Shown in pieces: positions 28,801 to 42,748 of a stretch of 64,000 nt of DNA. Where the stretch lies: the NCBI GenBank assembly GCA_050230475.1, contig JBFLGF010000131.1, forward strand, positions 1-64,000, read 5' to 3'. The stretch is from Ancylonema sp. (Eukaryota). Under the pieces are notes generated by a model, which saw only the letters and a program-made list of their open reading frames with translations, had not been told where the DNA came from and did not search any database. Made by a program: the position numbers and the translations under genes. The first letter of the stretch is position 1; each line of letters starts with the position of its first letter.

Positions 28801-31800
28801 TTAGGTGACGAGAAGGGGAAATATATATTTCTTACAGGTCTAGAACCCGAAGTGCAAAAAGAGTCAGAAAACGCGGAGGCACAACCTGCGAACATGATCC
28901 GAACACCAATCAAGATGGGATGTTTTGATGGTGGTATTAAAATGATGATCCATATTCATTTCGTTTGCACTTTTGCTCATGCTTTTCCCCTTTTTCGCTT
29001 GCACGTACGTTACCGAGAGCCTCATTTGTGGCACACACAAATACGGAGTCAACCGAGTTCGCCAATCCGAATATTTGTTGTCCAAAAAACTCTCCGCAAA
29101 CTATACGGACATGAGACAAAGGACCAACAAACAAATCCGTACCACCAAGCACCAGGGGGAAAAAAAAAAAAAAAAAAAAGCACACGTGGAAAAGAAAATT
29201 AAAATCCTCCGAAATAGAATCGAAATGCATCGAGAGGATTTCATCCACCGATAGCATCGCCACAATGACGTCACTAACGAGAGACTCCCCCCCCACCCCC
29301 CCTCCCCCCCTTCCCTCGTGAAATTGTGTATGCCAAGGCCTATGGTTGACAAATAAGATGGGGGGGTGGAACGGGTGACGTCACGTTGCTTCTCTCACGT
29401 GCGTCAGTGCAGGTTTGGTTCACGAAGTCGCATCCCTTCCCCCGTCCGAACTCCAACCCCGCCGCCTTGCTTCGATCCGTGACGTACCAACCGCTGTCGT
29501 CGAACAGCGCCAACGTGATGTTGGTGACGGAGGGATACATGAATAACTTGGGGGTCTGCACACGTGCGGGGAACACGTGCGGGAAACACGTGCGCATCGA
29601 AAAACTCAGGGGTGGTCAAAAGTGGTCAGAAAATACGAACTACGATATCGATGTCGAAAGACCGTTTTCTTCCCGGCTCATGTACCGAAGGAAATTCGCG
29701 GCTATGTTTAGAGAACGAAATTCCGCATTCATTGATGCTACTTGCGGCGAAAGTATTGAGCGAATCGGGCGGCGGATTTTGCGGCGGACCATGATTTCCC
29801 CCTGGAGGATTCTTGGGTTCCAGTGGCTTCCGAGTTGCCCGCTACCACCTTGGTCCTCCAACTCGCCACCAATGAGGGAGGGGCATCCGAAGTGCGCCTT
29901 TACGGCGGCCGCCACCTGGACGACACATCATCGCGCAAATAGCCACGTCATTTCCGTCCGGAGTAGATTTGTATTACAATGGAAATTTTTATTTCATTAT
30001 GTTTCTTGCTTTCCTTTCTTGCACCACATTGTATACTAAAAACCTCGATACAAGGAACCTCAAACCTGGAGTATGAGTGTACAATACCCACTTACGTGAA
30101 AACATCACTTATCGCACACAGTCAGCCACGTGTCGATTCATTTATTACTCAAGAGTTTGTTGAGAAGTACTCCCTTTCAAAAACTCTAGACCCAAACACA
30201 CGTGTACAACCGTACGGACCGTACAATCATGAACAATGAGAAGCCGGGACTCGAAAAGATAAGAACCACAAGCCAATCACGGAACGCCAAAAACCCCAAC
30301 ATCGACTTTCCAACCTCGGGCGTCACTATCTTCTCCACGATATGCCCTCTGGCATTCAATTGTTGGACCACTCCGCTGGAGCTGCCGACGGGCGGCATGC
30401 TCTGATTCGCCACGACGGATAAACCCCGCGCTACACGTGGCAAACCTGTATCGGAACGCACACAAAGAACGGTGTAACGTATTTTCTACAACGTAGGCCA
30501 ATACCCGTTTTTGTTGAGCATCATTTTTTTTCTCGGTCACAAAATCGTCAATTCCTCCTCCCCATTCCTCCCCACTTCTCCCTCCCCATTTCGCTCCTCC
30601 CCAATCCCCCCCACCCAAATTGCCCCCTCCCTGGTTCCGCCCTCCCTGGTTCCGCCCTCCCCGATTCCGCCCTTACCGAGTGGGTCTCTATAGAAGTCAA
30701 AGAGGGCGGGATTCAAGACGAGAGCGTGAATGATTTCATGCACTGTTACGGCCACCTGCTCCCCACCCCACACGACTTCGCAATCAAAAAATGGAGGCGA
30801 TGCACGTCAATTTCACATTCGACCCTTGAGAGGTTATTTCAAATGTGATCCAATCCCCATCTTTTGTTAAGATTGTAAAACCGCCGCTCCGTTTCTCAAC
30901 CTTGCATCCCTTCCCCCCTCCCCCCACCCCTCCCCCCCTTCCCCCCTCGTAACCCTCCGAAACAAACAAAACGACAAAGAAAAAGACAAAGAAGAAGAAG
31001 AAGAAACAAATAACTTGTTTTCTCTAAAGCATTTCTCCAAATAATCACCAATCATCTAATTCTCGCCACGGCCACCTCCACTCCAAAGAAGCGTATTTTC
31101 TCCTCTTTCTTTTTCCGTGTTCTCCCCCCCCCCCCCCCCGCTTGAGCAACCCTCCAACCGCTCACAAGGGTGGTAAAATCCGCCGGCTTTCCCGCCAAAA
31201 ACCCCGGACAGAAGTTGACATTGGCCGCTGTCGGTCGATCCCACTTCACCTCTTGGAAGCAGTGCGCGGTGTGGGCGATGGTGCCGCTCGCCACATCACC
31301 GCACAAAGAGGTGGGCTGGGGGAGGGCGGCAATGGCGGGAGGGGGTGGGGGTTGGGAGGAAATCCAACAACGGTGAAATCGCTCATAACGGTGAGCTTAG
31401 AGGGAGGCGGGGGGGAGCTAAGGTGTGTGTGGTTTTCGGGTTTTTCTGGTTCTTGGGTGTTCGGGTTTTTGGGTTTTTGGATTTTGGATTTCTTTTGGGT
31501 TTTGGGACGATAACACGTTCCGAGAGATGTACATTGTGACCAATATCACAATATAATATGTGATTGTATTATACCATACATATATAGATATGATATGATA
31601 TGATAATCGACCAATATAATATGTGGTTGGATGTGATATTGTTAAAGAGATTCACGTTGTTAAATGTGTGACATGGTTGGACACGTGTCACGTGTATACA
31701 GCTTTGCATACATTTTTGGGGATAAAATATGTGATGAATGAACAACAACACCACGATGGTGGAGATGGATGTTACGACGGTTTTTTTTTTTTTTTTTGGG

Positions 31801-34546
31801 AGGACTTAGCTTTTAGAAAGGTGAGTTAGGAGAGAAACGTTGATAGGACGAGAGTGTGTAAATTTCGAGGAACTTACGTCCGACGTGATGTAGAGAACGA
31901 AGTCGCTATTGGGCAAACCGGAACCACGTGGCACATCATGGCATTGCCACGTCACACTCGAGCACTGAAGTCGGCCAGCAAGAAGTGAATCATTGACTGT
32001 GATCCGATCCTGCGCCAACGTGGATAGAGGAAATTCGAACACGTGCCCCCTTCTAGCTTTTTTTTTATCAAAAAAACCGGAAGTGGATAATGTCACACTT
32101 GCTATGAAACCCACAATAATTAACCAAGGAAAAAATGCAACATATTACACATTGATGTTGCCACTATGGGCATGTGCACCCTTTCTTCCTTACTACTCAT
32201 TTGATAATGGGTGTCAAGAGAAATATGAAAAAGTTTTCACTAAATCGCAAGCCGTCTCGGTCCACGCATCGATATTGATCCCGAAATCAAGTCACCGCTT
32301 TTGATTAGTCCAAATCTATTAAAAACCCCACCACCACGCAACCGTACCCCCCCAATAACCACCCATTCCGCCACAGCAAGGCAAGCGAAGGACGTCATGG
32401 ATACATAATAGAAAGATCAAGTAGATTAAATAAAAAAAAAGTTAAGTCAACTTATAGGACATAATGGATACAAAGTTTTTGGACCATGAGCTTCTTAATG
32501 CATGTTTTTTTGTTTTGTTTTTTGTTGTTTTTTTTTGTTTTGTTGGAGATTATTACCAAGCACATGGTGTTCCATTGCAGGCACCCCCCGCCATCATTCA
32601 TCCACCAACCGCATTGCGGTTGCAATACTAAACCTCCCTCACCCACGGGGTGACGCACATTCACCATGCTAGAGAGGTATCTGAATGGGAGGGGGGGAGG
32701 GGGGGAGGGGGGGGAGATGATACTTATAAAGAAATGCGGCTGGGAAAAAGACACGTGGCACGTTCACCATGATCGATGTGGGTTTGAGGGAAGCGTCCGA
32801 GGGAGACGAACGACACGTATGTATTCACAAGTATTGATTTCAACGAGGCGTGAGTTAAAGAAAGAGGAAGAGGAGGAGTAGGAGGAGTAGGAGTACGAGG
32901 TTCAAGAATTTCGAGCGTGAGATTTAGATTATGGAACGATGTGGAGGTTATGATTAAGGTTAGAGTTTATGGTGCTTGACATTTTTTGGCGTGAGGCTCA
33001 ATATGACCTACTTCTCTTTCTCTTTTTGTTTTGACCCCCCCCCCCCCCCCTTCTTCTTTCTTTGTATTTGTGGGTTTTTCATGCTCAATAGATATCCTTT
33101 ACCTGATTTTGCCAATACTCTCGCGGGAGATATACGGAAATCCATTGTGTTATTTATTCTTCATGAGCTCGTGTGATGTAGAGAGAATTTTTGGAAAAAA
33201 ATTATTCTCATCGGAATTTTACAACGGAAAATAATGGTAGTGATATTAAGAAAGAAAGAAAGATTTTTTTTGGAATGATAATAATAACATCATCAATGAT
33301 ATAAAACATGATGGTATTATTACATGATGGTATTATTATAATGGATTAATTGTATTTCTAGTGATAATAAGATGGAGAAGGACCCGAACACCCTTGACAT
33401 AGAATAAGAGTGAAGAGTATGAACTTTGAGTTAGTCAAAGGGAAAGGCCTCACCTGATCGCGGCTGGTAAGACTCTCTTCATCAATAAGTTGGCCGTTTC
33501 CACATTCGTTGTCTTCGATAAAAGATCAACCTGCGACCGAATGGCAATCAAAACGTTTCCACATACTCAATACTGTCGTGGTTTTTTTTTTTTTTTTTTT
33601 TTTTTTTTGGGGGTGGTGAGGGGGGCGGGGGGGGGAGGTTGGGGTTCCTCGTTATAAAGATCCTTCATGGGACGATAGACTCGTTACAACAAATAAACAC
33701 GCCGAATGTTTTCATCACTGTATCCTACACCTTTCGTTATAACAAACATTTTCGCGCATTGTTTTCACAAGTGTATCCTACACCTTTTGTAATAACACAT
33801 TGACACTAAAACACATTTTAACATGATTCTAGAGGTTGTAACAACGAGGAAAGATTTCACCCATTACGTTCCATTCCACTTCAGAGTGTTTCCACTTCAC
33901 ATACCGGAGTAATTCTGATGGGCGCGGGCAGGTCGAGTTGGACACGTGTCCCATTTTGGTCGAGTTGGACACGTGTCCCACTATGAGGCGCGGCTTGGGC
34001 ACTTGATAGGCTCCCGTTCGCTTCCAGTTGCCTCCTCCCCATTGGTCCGGTCCCGATCCCCTTCCACACATCCCCGAATCCTAGCCCTTGATTTTGCAAA
34101 TCGACCGATTCTAGGTCGGTGACGGGGCCTTCAATGGTGTCCTCCGGTTTCCACGCCGCGAATTGTGGAAGGGCTTCATTCAGGGGGTCTTTCCACGTGG
34201 CGTACCCACAATCAGCGCCGATGGATGCCTCTCCGGGAACGGATGACGTCACGCCGCTACATGTCGTCCTTGATGACGTCATCTCGTCCTCATTCCCGAC
34301 ATTTTGTACTTGAGCGCCCGAAACATGACGTGCATTGAAGGCGAAGTAGATACACAGTAAGAACCGGAACTGTCCCGTCACCCGTGATCGGACGGTGGGA
34401 TCGCGTTGACCACAGGATCTAACCGCGCGGCCAGATTCGAATCTGGATCCTTTCATTCCAGAACTGTTCGCACCACTGGTCCGCTTGTTATCTGAAGGGT
34501 CTATACTGAAGTGATGTACTAGTGCCATGATATCTGAATTGAGCAT
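25810..34546 (-). CDS. Leishmanolysin/invadolysin-like M8 zinc metalloprotease with Cys-rich/EGF region and C-terminal TM helix; exons 34546-33905, 33530-33454, 32680-32557, 32009-31878, 31315-31166, 30755-30677, 30445-30315, 29915-29790, 29555-29399, 28885-28836, 28357-28254, 27830-27623, 27169-27022, 26569-26510, 26145-25810
   Basis: HEIIHAL zinc motif, ELEDQGGSGQLGSHW (third His), GEIM Met-turn, TLALFDDSGWY, GRGKGCDF, PIRI pro/mature motif, EGF-like CPMDCWAHGNCFQGTCQC..GYVGSDCS, TM WLLVLVIGAAAIVVLIMGL. Splice phases agree except for a frameshift at the C4G4 run 26534-26541. Start codon and last exon uncertain. Confidence 0.9.
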
Positions 34547-37500
34547 GTATCAGTTGACGGCGGGTTGCGGGATCAGTTTCGGTAACAGGAGGGGAAATTT
34601 GGTCTTCCCAAGACCGTGCCTTCCCTCCTTTCTACTACGGAACCTCAATGTAGAAGGGATAGTGCACGGATAGATTTTGCGAACAAACTGATCACGAAAC
34701 TGGCCCTGGGGTACGGTCGGGAAGGGCGTATATGTGACGTGTACGCCGCATCTCGATACACCGGGCCAAAGTGGTCTCCCCGTTCAGAGATGGTGTACTT
34801 ATTTGTGAACCCACTACTAAGAAATATTCTCTCGGCACTGATTCAGTCAGAATGGCACACGTAGATTCCAACTGGAGCTGAAATTGACAGTATCGGCGAG
34901 TTCTGGAACGCTGATGTTGAAAGTAGAGGAGTACCCCCCGGGCCAGTTCCTGAACAATTTACTGAGTGTCAACGAAAGGTATTCATCTTCGTGCACATCA
35001 AATACTGGTTCAGAATCTCCGGCATCAGACTCTGCGAGTATATTGTGTGCGGGAAGTTTGCTAAGGGTACATCCTGAGAGACGAGAACATCGCAATTCGT
35101 TTTTCGAAAACCATCACATGTCTGAGTCAGGAGAAACAGGAACGCACCCATACAGGTACTTCTGGAACAGTGATCCTGCTCCTGACAGTGACTGTTTCCA
35201 TTGACAATGTGGCCCGCTCCGGGCCAGGCCCGGAAGCGCCTGACAGCGACACCTGGGGCCATGTAGGGAACGGGCAGGAGTGCGATTCCCCGGCCAGAAC
35301 TTGCTCACTGCTTGTCGCCTTTCGCTCGACAAACCGTTTCAAGTGACTTGGTCCAAAAGTCAACTAGTTGACGTCACGGGGCGCGGGGCGAGTGCCACCC
35401 TGGACCGGATACGCACGGGTTTCTTCGACATCGCTACCGTTGAATCAAAATCCACACTTTTGAGATCGTTAACATCGGGACGATGGCCCGCCAGATATTT
35501 TCACGTATTACGATAGAATCGAACGGCTCAAAGATTGGGTAACGGACGCGGATAAACCACATCGTCGTCCACTTGGCATCTCTGGGACTTTCAAAATGGC
35601 TATGACTGCCACGTGCGCACGTGTCTTGTTCACTCCGCAGGCCGACCTCCACAAATTGCGCTCTCATTTTCCCGCTAGTTGCCCGATACCGCAGTGCTGC
35701 GACATTGTAATAAATCTTCAGCTCTTGTAAAAGTCTAGCGATTAGCAGTATGCAAGTGTGTTCTTTCGAATGTTCTCGCGGTTGATTCAGATGGCTGTTT
35801 TGTGTATTTGTTGTGCCCACGACAATTTTCCACTTCGGTACAGGCGCCTGCTTCGTTTCTGAACCCTTCACGACCTTACCACCACTCGCCGGCGCCCGAA
35901 GTTCTCGTCACTGTTAGTGGCGCGCAGGGTCGCAAACCTATTTCAGTCTTTTGACAAACTTCACGTACAACGTAATACACCCTGATAAACTAATGTCACT
36001 GGAGTTCAGCAGAGAAGGATACCCAGTAAATATATTTATTAAGTACTTCTTGTTTTCTTCTGCCACTCCAAAGTCCTGCGTGCAGTATGTGGAAGTAACT
36101 GTTCGTTTATGCCCGCCCTCGTTTGTACGCAGCCTTGTCCTCCGCAACTCATGCAACCTCTTCTCTCCCTGTTCCCACCTGCAGTCTCCTGTCTCCTCAG
36201 CACCATCATGCCATGCCTGCTCAGTCACTTCCTTCGAGCAGTTCTGTACACATTGACGCTAATGCAGCGCGCCGTTTTCCACATTATTGCCGTAATCATC
36301 AGAACTTCGCCTCACGGCAACATTGTTTGGGGGGTGTTCCTGTGACGGAAGTCTGATAATGAGATACACGTCGCCAGGTGGTAGGAGTAAGAGGCATAGA
36401 CGAATACGTCAGAAATGAAGGCGAGTCGATCAATTGAAGGCGTCTATTCTCACCGCATTTTGGGACTGGAGCACCTGAACGAAGATGGACCAGGGACGTT
36501 TGGACACGTGTCCAGTTTTGTGTACCCATGAGGCATACGGAGTGGTGTGTTTCCGTTCTGACGGAGAGGCCAGCGTAGGTACACGTGTCAACAGATGCGC
36601 GGGAAGCTTATCGGAATAACGAATCAGCATTGAGAAGAGGTAGTTTTTTGCAAATGTAGTTTAAAACGTAGTCATCATCTGGTTAATTTTGCGGTAGTCC
36701 TATGGTTTTGCATAGATACATCTTAACAACTGTAAGTAGTACGAGGGGAACAACTTTGGTGCTGTATATATGGCGTACGTCGGGTAAAGCTTGTGGGATA
36801 AAAGAGGCCTCGTTAAATCACGACATATCGTGACTTCGATTCATCTTTTCTTCAATCCATTGCAACGTACTACGTTAGCGATTCGTTTGCATTACATGCA
36901 CTCGCCCCACTCCGTTTGTGACTCGGACCCATTCGTTAGTTAAAAAACTGATTTTTTTTTGAAGTGTTGTTATTGTGACCTTCAAACAGGTTGCTCGTGC
37001 TATAAAGGGGGACGACGATGGTTTTGTCTATATAAATCAATATAAATGTACTTTACGAGACCACTACACATAAATGCGTCGTATGATAGAAAATGGATAA
37101 AGTGGTGCAAGAATTGGTCGGTGCACCACCCGTCTCACTCATTTCTACGTGGTGTGATTCTCGCATTTCTTGGCGTATTTCAACGTCAACAAACCACATA
37201 GTACGGTATAGTGGGTTTTGGTACCTCAAACTCCAATATAAAAAACCTATTTGTATGGAAACCACGGAATTCCTTATACAAAATAAATATAATATGGGAT
37301 CCCGTTCCGCTCGCGGATTCTGCGAGCCCGGCTCCGAGCAGGCTCGCATCCGCGACCCGCCTGACAAAAACGAAACATCGAAAAATGACGAAGTGCAAAT
37401 CCTCCCCTGCCAAGCAGTAGTTACTTCAAGCCGTAAGTCCCGAGGATAAACAATATGCGGCGACCATAGAACGGATTGCGACTATGCTTTGATTCTACTG

Positions 37501-38047
37501 TCTCACGACCGTTCTAAAGTTGATTTCAACCGACCATTACAGGGGTTTGTAAGGGTATGCAATCCTATTTTGTTCTCTTCTCTTATATTCTTTAAGCAAG
37601 TCCACAAAAGCACCTCGCGAATGAAATTTACATCGAAGAATGCAACAAATAACATGGTATAATGCACTGCAACGAATACACATCACACAGCGACCATATA
37701 CGACTTGTTACTTCTAATCTAAGCTACTTTTCAAAGTTTTTTGACAACTTTGTGTGTAACATTCATATGCACCCATTTTGAGGCCAAAATCAAGTTTTTT
37801 TTTCTTGTTTTTGTTTTCCCGTGGGCCCCGCTCCGCTCGCGGATTTTGCGAGCCCGGCTCCGAGCCGGCTCGCGCGCGAGCCGGATCCGAGCTGGGTCAC
37901 AAAATTGCCGGCTTGTGGACCACCACTTGATATGAGATGTATGAGATATACATAGCAGTTCATACAACTCTTTCCCGTGTATTAGCGTTTTAATACATTG
38001 GGTCTGAGCGCATTGTGCAATGTAGTATATTAGTAGTAGTAGAAGTA

Positions 38048-38669
38048 CAGTGCTCCCTCGATATGACGACATTTTTTTTTCCATCAAAGTGTCGTTATAT
38101 CGAGGTGTCGTTATACAGTGCATAACGACATGTACTACTAGAATCTGAAATCTATGTCGTTGTATCGAGGGACTTTGCGAATGGAGCAAAGTGAATAAGC
38201 AAGTGTGTACTATTATGTGTTTCCTATAGTAAGTTGCCTTGGCATGGTTATTGAATTCAGCGTGTGTATTGATATACGAGCTATACAAGTGCGTCATGAT
38301 ACCAATACATGCGAATGGACAAAATATACCACAAAATTATACGAGGAGAATTGGGGATGTATTAAGGTTGTTACAAAGCAACACCGGACACGCACATTCT
38401 ATTAAATCTATATAGAATTCTATACAGAATTTGAGGTGCCGTTCTAGATTTTTCTCAATTTCCATACATCGTTATCTGCGAGCAATAACGTTATATACAC
38501 ACTATAACGACATTCAAAAGCATTTTTTTGATTTTTTTTTGTCATTATATAGAGTTTCGTTATGCTTATATCGAGGGCGATTTCATATTGATTTAAAAAA
38601 AGTTTCCAAAAATTGTCGTTATACCGAGGTTGTCGTTATATCGAGGGTCGTTGTATCAAGGGAGCACTG
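38048..38669. mobile_element. pogo/Tigger-type MITE (family A)
   Basis: TA|CAGTGCTCCCTCGATATGACGAC ... GTCGTTGTATCAAGGGAGCACTG|TA. Confidence 0.92.
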
Positions 38670-39857
38670 TAGTAGTATGTATAACCCATTTAGAAACCAT
38701 GGTTAACCACCTCTTCGAATGAATATTACTACATATGTTTGACGTGGCTAGGGCCTCCCATTGTTTCTTGATCACGTGTATTATGCTCCAAACCTATCCA
38801 CAATGTACTTCCATTTGTTGTCAAACTCGACTCGTACAATGAGTCTTTTTTTAGAAACGTAGTTCGCTCCACAGGGTGCAAGATTTTTGTCGTACACGTT
38901 CGTTTGGATCCATGAACAAAGCCTCCCAAAATTGCCGGGACAACGACAAAAAAAACTTAAGATGAAGCCTCGAAGGAATCTTTAAAAAAACCAATTTTTT
39001 TTAAAAAAAATTGATGTATGTTTTGGACCTTTTTTCAAACAAATCATGCGGAAGCATAGATGGGCGCGCACCGTACGCAAGATTTGCCGCACAATTACAA
39101 TTTCAGTTAGTGAACTCGGACGTCGAAATTTGACAAAGTAGTGAGTACTGACCATTTTGCACTATAAGTAGTTCGATATAACGTCTTAGGCCAAATTTAA
39201 TGAGGTCGTTTGGTATCGGATTCGGTACTATGGACTACAACGATCATAAACAAAAAATATATGAGAAAATGTAGATTTCATATTTACCTTATGACGTAAA
39301 AGCCGGTACATGAACAAACCCTCGTCATGCATACCCGCACATCCAAATAGTGAAGATCGAAGTTCTTATCATTCTACAACAAACTACAGTAGTTACAAGT
39401 TGCAACACGGTGGGCAATAAACCACATGAAGTTAGTGACATCATCTGTCTACACAAGTGATAAGCAATCTAACCTACTTCAACCTTTGGTCATGCAAACT
39501 TGATTACCAAAAAAATGAAAAGGTGCAATCACTAATTACAAAATATTGGCATGCACCATCATCGTACGAGGTCTATCACATGCCACTACCATTCCAAGAT
39601 AAACATGACTTGTTGCAAATCTATCGGAAACTTGGTTTGCCTTCTTGATGAAAACCTAGCCTTAGTAAATAACTACTGTTGGTGAGTAAATGACCTTAGT
39701 AAATAGTCATCCAAGGATGATAGGATAATAGTCAGCCCAAGTAGATAACTTAACTTCCTTGTTTCTCATTTTTCGTTTTTTACTTATTGAGCACGCCAAC
39801 TGGATAAAAAAAAACGGAGCCTAGGCTCCTAATCCTAACCTCCTTGACCCTAGCGAG

Positions 39858-41677
39858 TCATCTTGGACACTCAATCAAATTCCACATGCATATCTTCCCG
39901 TCCCGGATGGTTCCTTTCGTCGGCAGCCCGTACCATCCGCGATGACTCACGACTTCTAACAGCACCGCCTTGTCGGATTCCGCAAACACTTTAATCACCA
40001 TCGAGTTCACAAAAGTGAGTTGCTCCAAACGAGGCATCTCTACCGACAGGGTACTCATTCTACAGTTGCTCATCGTCAACTTCCGAATGTGGGGATGCTC
40101 CAAAAGCATATCCTTGTCACAGTGCACCCCGGAAAACGTGAGCGACTTCAGGCCCGGCATGGAGGCCAGAATGGAGGCGAGAGGAGTCCACTCCGAGAAC
40201 CCGGACAGCTCAAGCTCGCTCAGTTTCGGCACCCACGTGGCGCCCCACGTCAGCTCCCTGCGCCGACACCCCCCCTTCTTCACCACCAGCTTACGCAGTT
40301 CCGGACACCGGATCTGCTACGGACCGAGCAGGAACCCCTTCATCTCCAGCTCCTCCAGCGTATCATGGTGAAGGTCCAGCGACCCCTGGGCCTCATCCTC
40401 CTCCGACGACCCCACCACCAACCGCTTCAGCTTCGGACAGTGGGTGTTGAGGTCACTCAGAATGCCCACGTCCAATCTCGCCGCCGTCTTCCCGCACGCG
40501 GTCACCTTCAGGCTCTCCAGGGACGCGTACATGACCGAGGGCACGAATAATCCCAGAGAGTTGGAGGTATCCAGCTCCCTCACCCCCTGCAGCAACTCCT
40601 CCAGCTTTCCCGCCACATCCCCGCTGTGCATGGAGAGGCCCTCGGTATAAGGACGTTTGAAGAAGGCCTCCTTGGGAGTCTCCCCCACCCCCCTGAAGCT
40701 CAGCACCTGCAGGGACCCGAACTGAGCGAGCGAGCTCACCGGGCTCTTTCCCTGAGCACCCTGAGGTTGGGGGCGTGGGTGGCGAGGGTGTCCAACACGC
40801 CCGTGGAGCAGTGGCGGGAGGAGAGGTGAAGGTCCGTGAGCAGCGGGCAGGACAGGGACGGGGGCTGCAGGTCGTTCACGAACCACTCACTGATGTCCTC
40901 GTCGGGTGCGGTGGACAGGTGAGTGAGGCTGGGGCAGTGGACGGTGAGGATTCGACGGATCTGACGGCAGTGCAGGCGGAGATTCTCCAGATTCGGGTGG
41001 GACACGACGACGGGGTGCTTCCCGCTGGGCTCGCCCAAGAACTGCAGCGACTTGAGCCGGGGACACGTGGACAGCAGGGACTCGAGGCCCGCTGCGGCGA
41101 TGCTGTGGTGATGCAGCTGGAGGACCGTGAGCTGTGAGCCCGCCATCTCCTGCAGCCCAACCAGGTGCTTCTTGTCGAACATGAAACTTGGGCCGCAGGT
41201 CACCTCCTCTGCCACTTCCAGAACCCGGTACATGGGAGAGGGTTTCTTCCTCGTCCCCCCCAGAGGCAACCCCGTCCGCGGCACGTCCCACCTGCGGAAC
41301 ACGTGCACCTTCTTCCACAGCGCACGGCCCTCCCTCACAGCCTTGTTCCAGGGCTTGCTCACGGACATCGCCTGGACGCGTTGCCTCTGGGGAAGGTGGG
41401 AGAGCACGCGAACAAGCAGGGCTGCATCCAGGTTCATCCAGTCCCTCTCCTCCCTCTCCGACCCGCTTCCATTACCAGCAAGCCCTTGGACCTCTTGTGC
41501 CACGCCAACGTCAGGATGAGTTATGATCTGTTGACCACCGCCTGCATCTTGCCTGACTCCTGCCCCTTCGGTCTGGTTTCCAGACCCGCCCCCTCCGCCC
41601 ACTTCCCCCGTTCCCCCATCCGCGGCGATGACAGCATCGTCGGGACAATGGCGCTTGGTTTGCCTTTCCTCCTCCAT
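39858..41677 (-). pseudogene. Intronless F-box/LRR protein with one frameshift (about 40745) and one in-frame TAG (40317-40319)
   Basis: F-box DWMNLDAALLVRVLSHLPQRQRVQAMSVSKPW, then LRR units (CPRLKSLQF, HPNLENLRL, CPSLTHL, CPKLKRL, CPELRKL, MPGLKSL). Three ORFs join through a frameshift and FLLGP*QIRCPEL. Confidence 0.85.
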
Positions 41678-42748
41678 GCTCTACTCGGGCTCTCCTGTTC
41701 CACTGGCTGAAGTAGCCTACCGAGGCTGGATTCGCAGTGGAAATAAATAGGAGAGTGTTGAATCACCTGAATCACAAGAACAGTCTTCCAGTTAAGATCA
41801 GGATAGGATGTTCCCACAGGCGCACAGGAGACAATCACGTATTGGTGGGATCCCTTAGATGGACCACTTAAGGCACAACTTAATCAGATTGAGCTACTCG
41901 ATGCTGCAATGTCACATGAAACTTGGAGACCTGGAGACCCTAACAGTCCTGCAGACTCAGCCGAGAACTTCGAACTTCGAACTGACACATTTCTCTGGCT
42001 CTGGAGAGTAAGTGGGCGGATGACAAACATGGTGACTGGAGTTTGTTAAATTTATGCACACGGTTCATCATATCATTATTGTCTGCCAGACACAAGCCTA
42101 GCCTCCGTATGTGTTTCCATCCTGATACGAGTAGATTGACATTGCGGTCTCCACACAGCAGAAGCATCCGGCAAAATCGAGGAAATCCAACACTTGCACA
42201 TAAAATGGGCCAGCCACGAGCATCTCACACCGTCACCAAATGTACGTCGTCAGATTTGGCAAAGTGAAATCATTGCACTACAATCAGGTACAGAAATGGC
42301 GAAAATGTCCACCACCTCGTCGCAAGTAAGATATGTCACGCGGACTCTTAGTTGGGCTAACTCTTTTCTCTCGAATAAGTGGAAATCGTCGCGACCATGC
42401 CGCGAGAATTCGAGAATTTCGCGCCTCGCCCAAAGTGAGATTCAAATTACGGCACTTAAAAGGAAGGCGACCTGGACGCGGTTCTTCAGCCAGGATTGGC
42501 GGGGGCCCAGGGGGGGCATTTGAGAAAGTGGCGGGAAACGGCGAAGTACCCAACTTTCATACCCCACTACACCGTCAATCAAACCCCGATATAAGAAACC
42601 AATTTTTTTCCAATATTATTTTTCTTACAAATAAGAGTTTCTATACTGTGCTCCCTCGATATAACGACAAAAACAAAATCAAAAAAAGTGTTTTTATATC
42701 GAGGTGTCGTTGTACAATATTAGGACAATTACAATTACAATAATACTA

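Noticed and set aside
29340..29398. Premature TAG in the protease ORF 29340-29597
   Set aside because: A donor at 29398 and a 50-nt exon (28885-28836) restore the frame, so the TAG is intronic.
35114..35116. Selenocysteine TGA
   Set aside because: No selenoprotein motif, further stops follow in frame, and no SECIS was recognised.
40317..40319. Reassigned TAG or alternative genetic code
   Set aside because: TAA, TAG and TGA all end intact genes here (tubulin, microprotein, pTAC14), and the F-box gene also has a frameshift.
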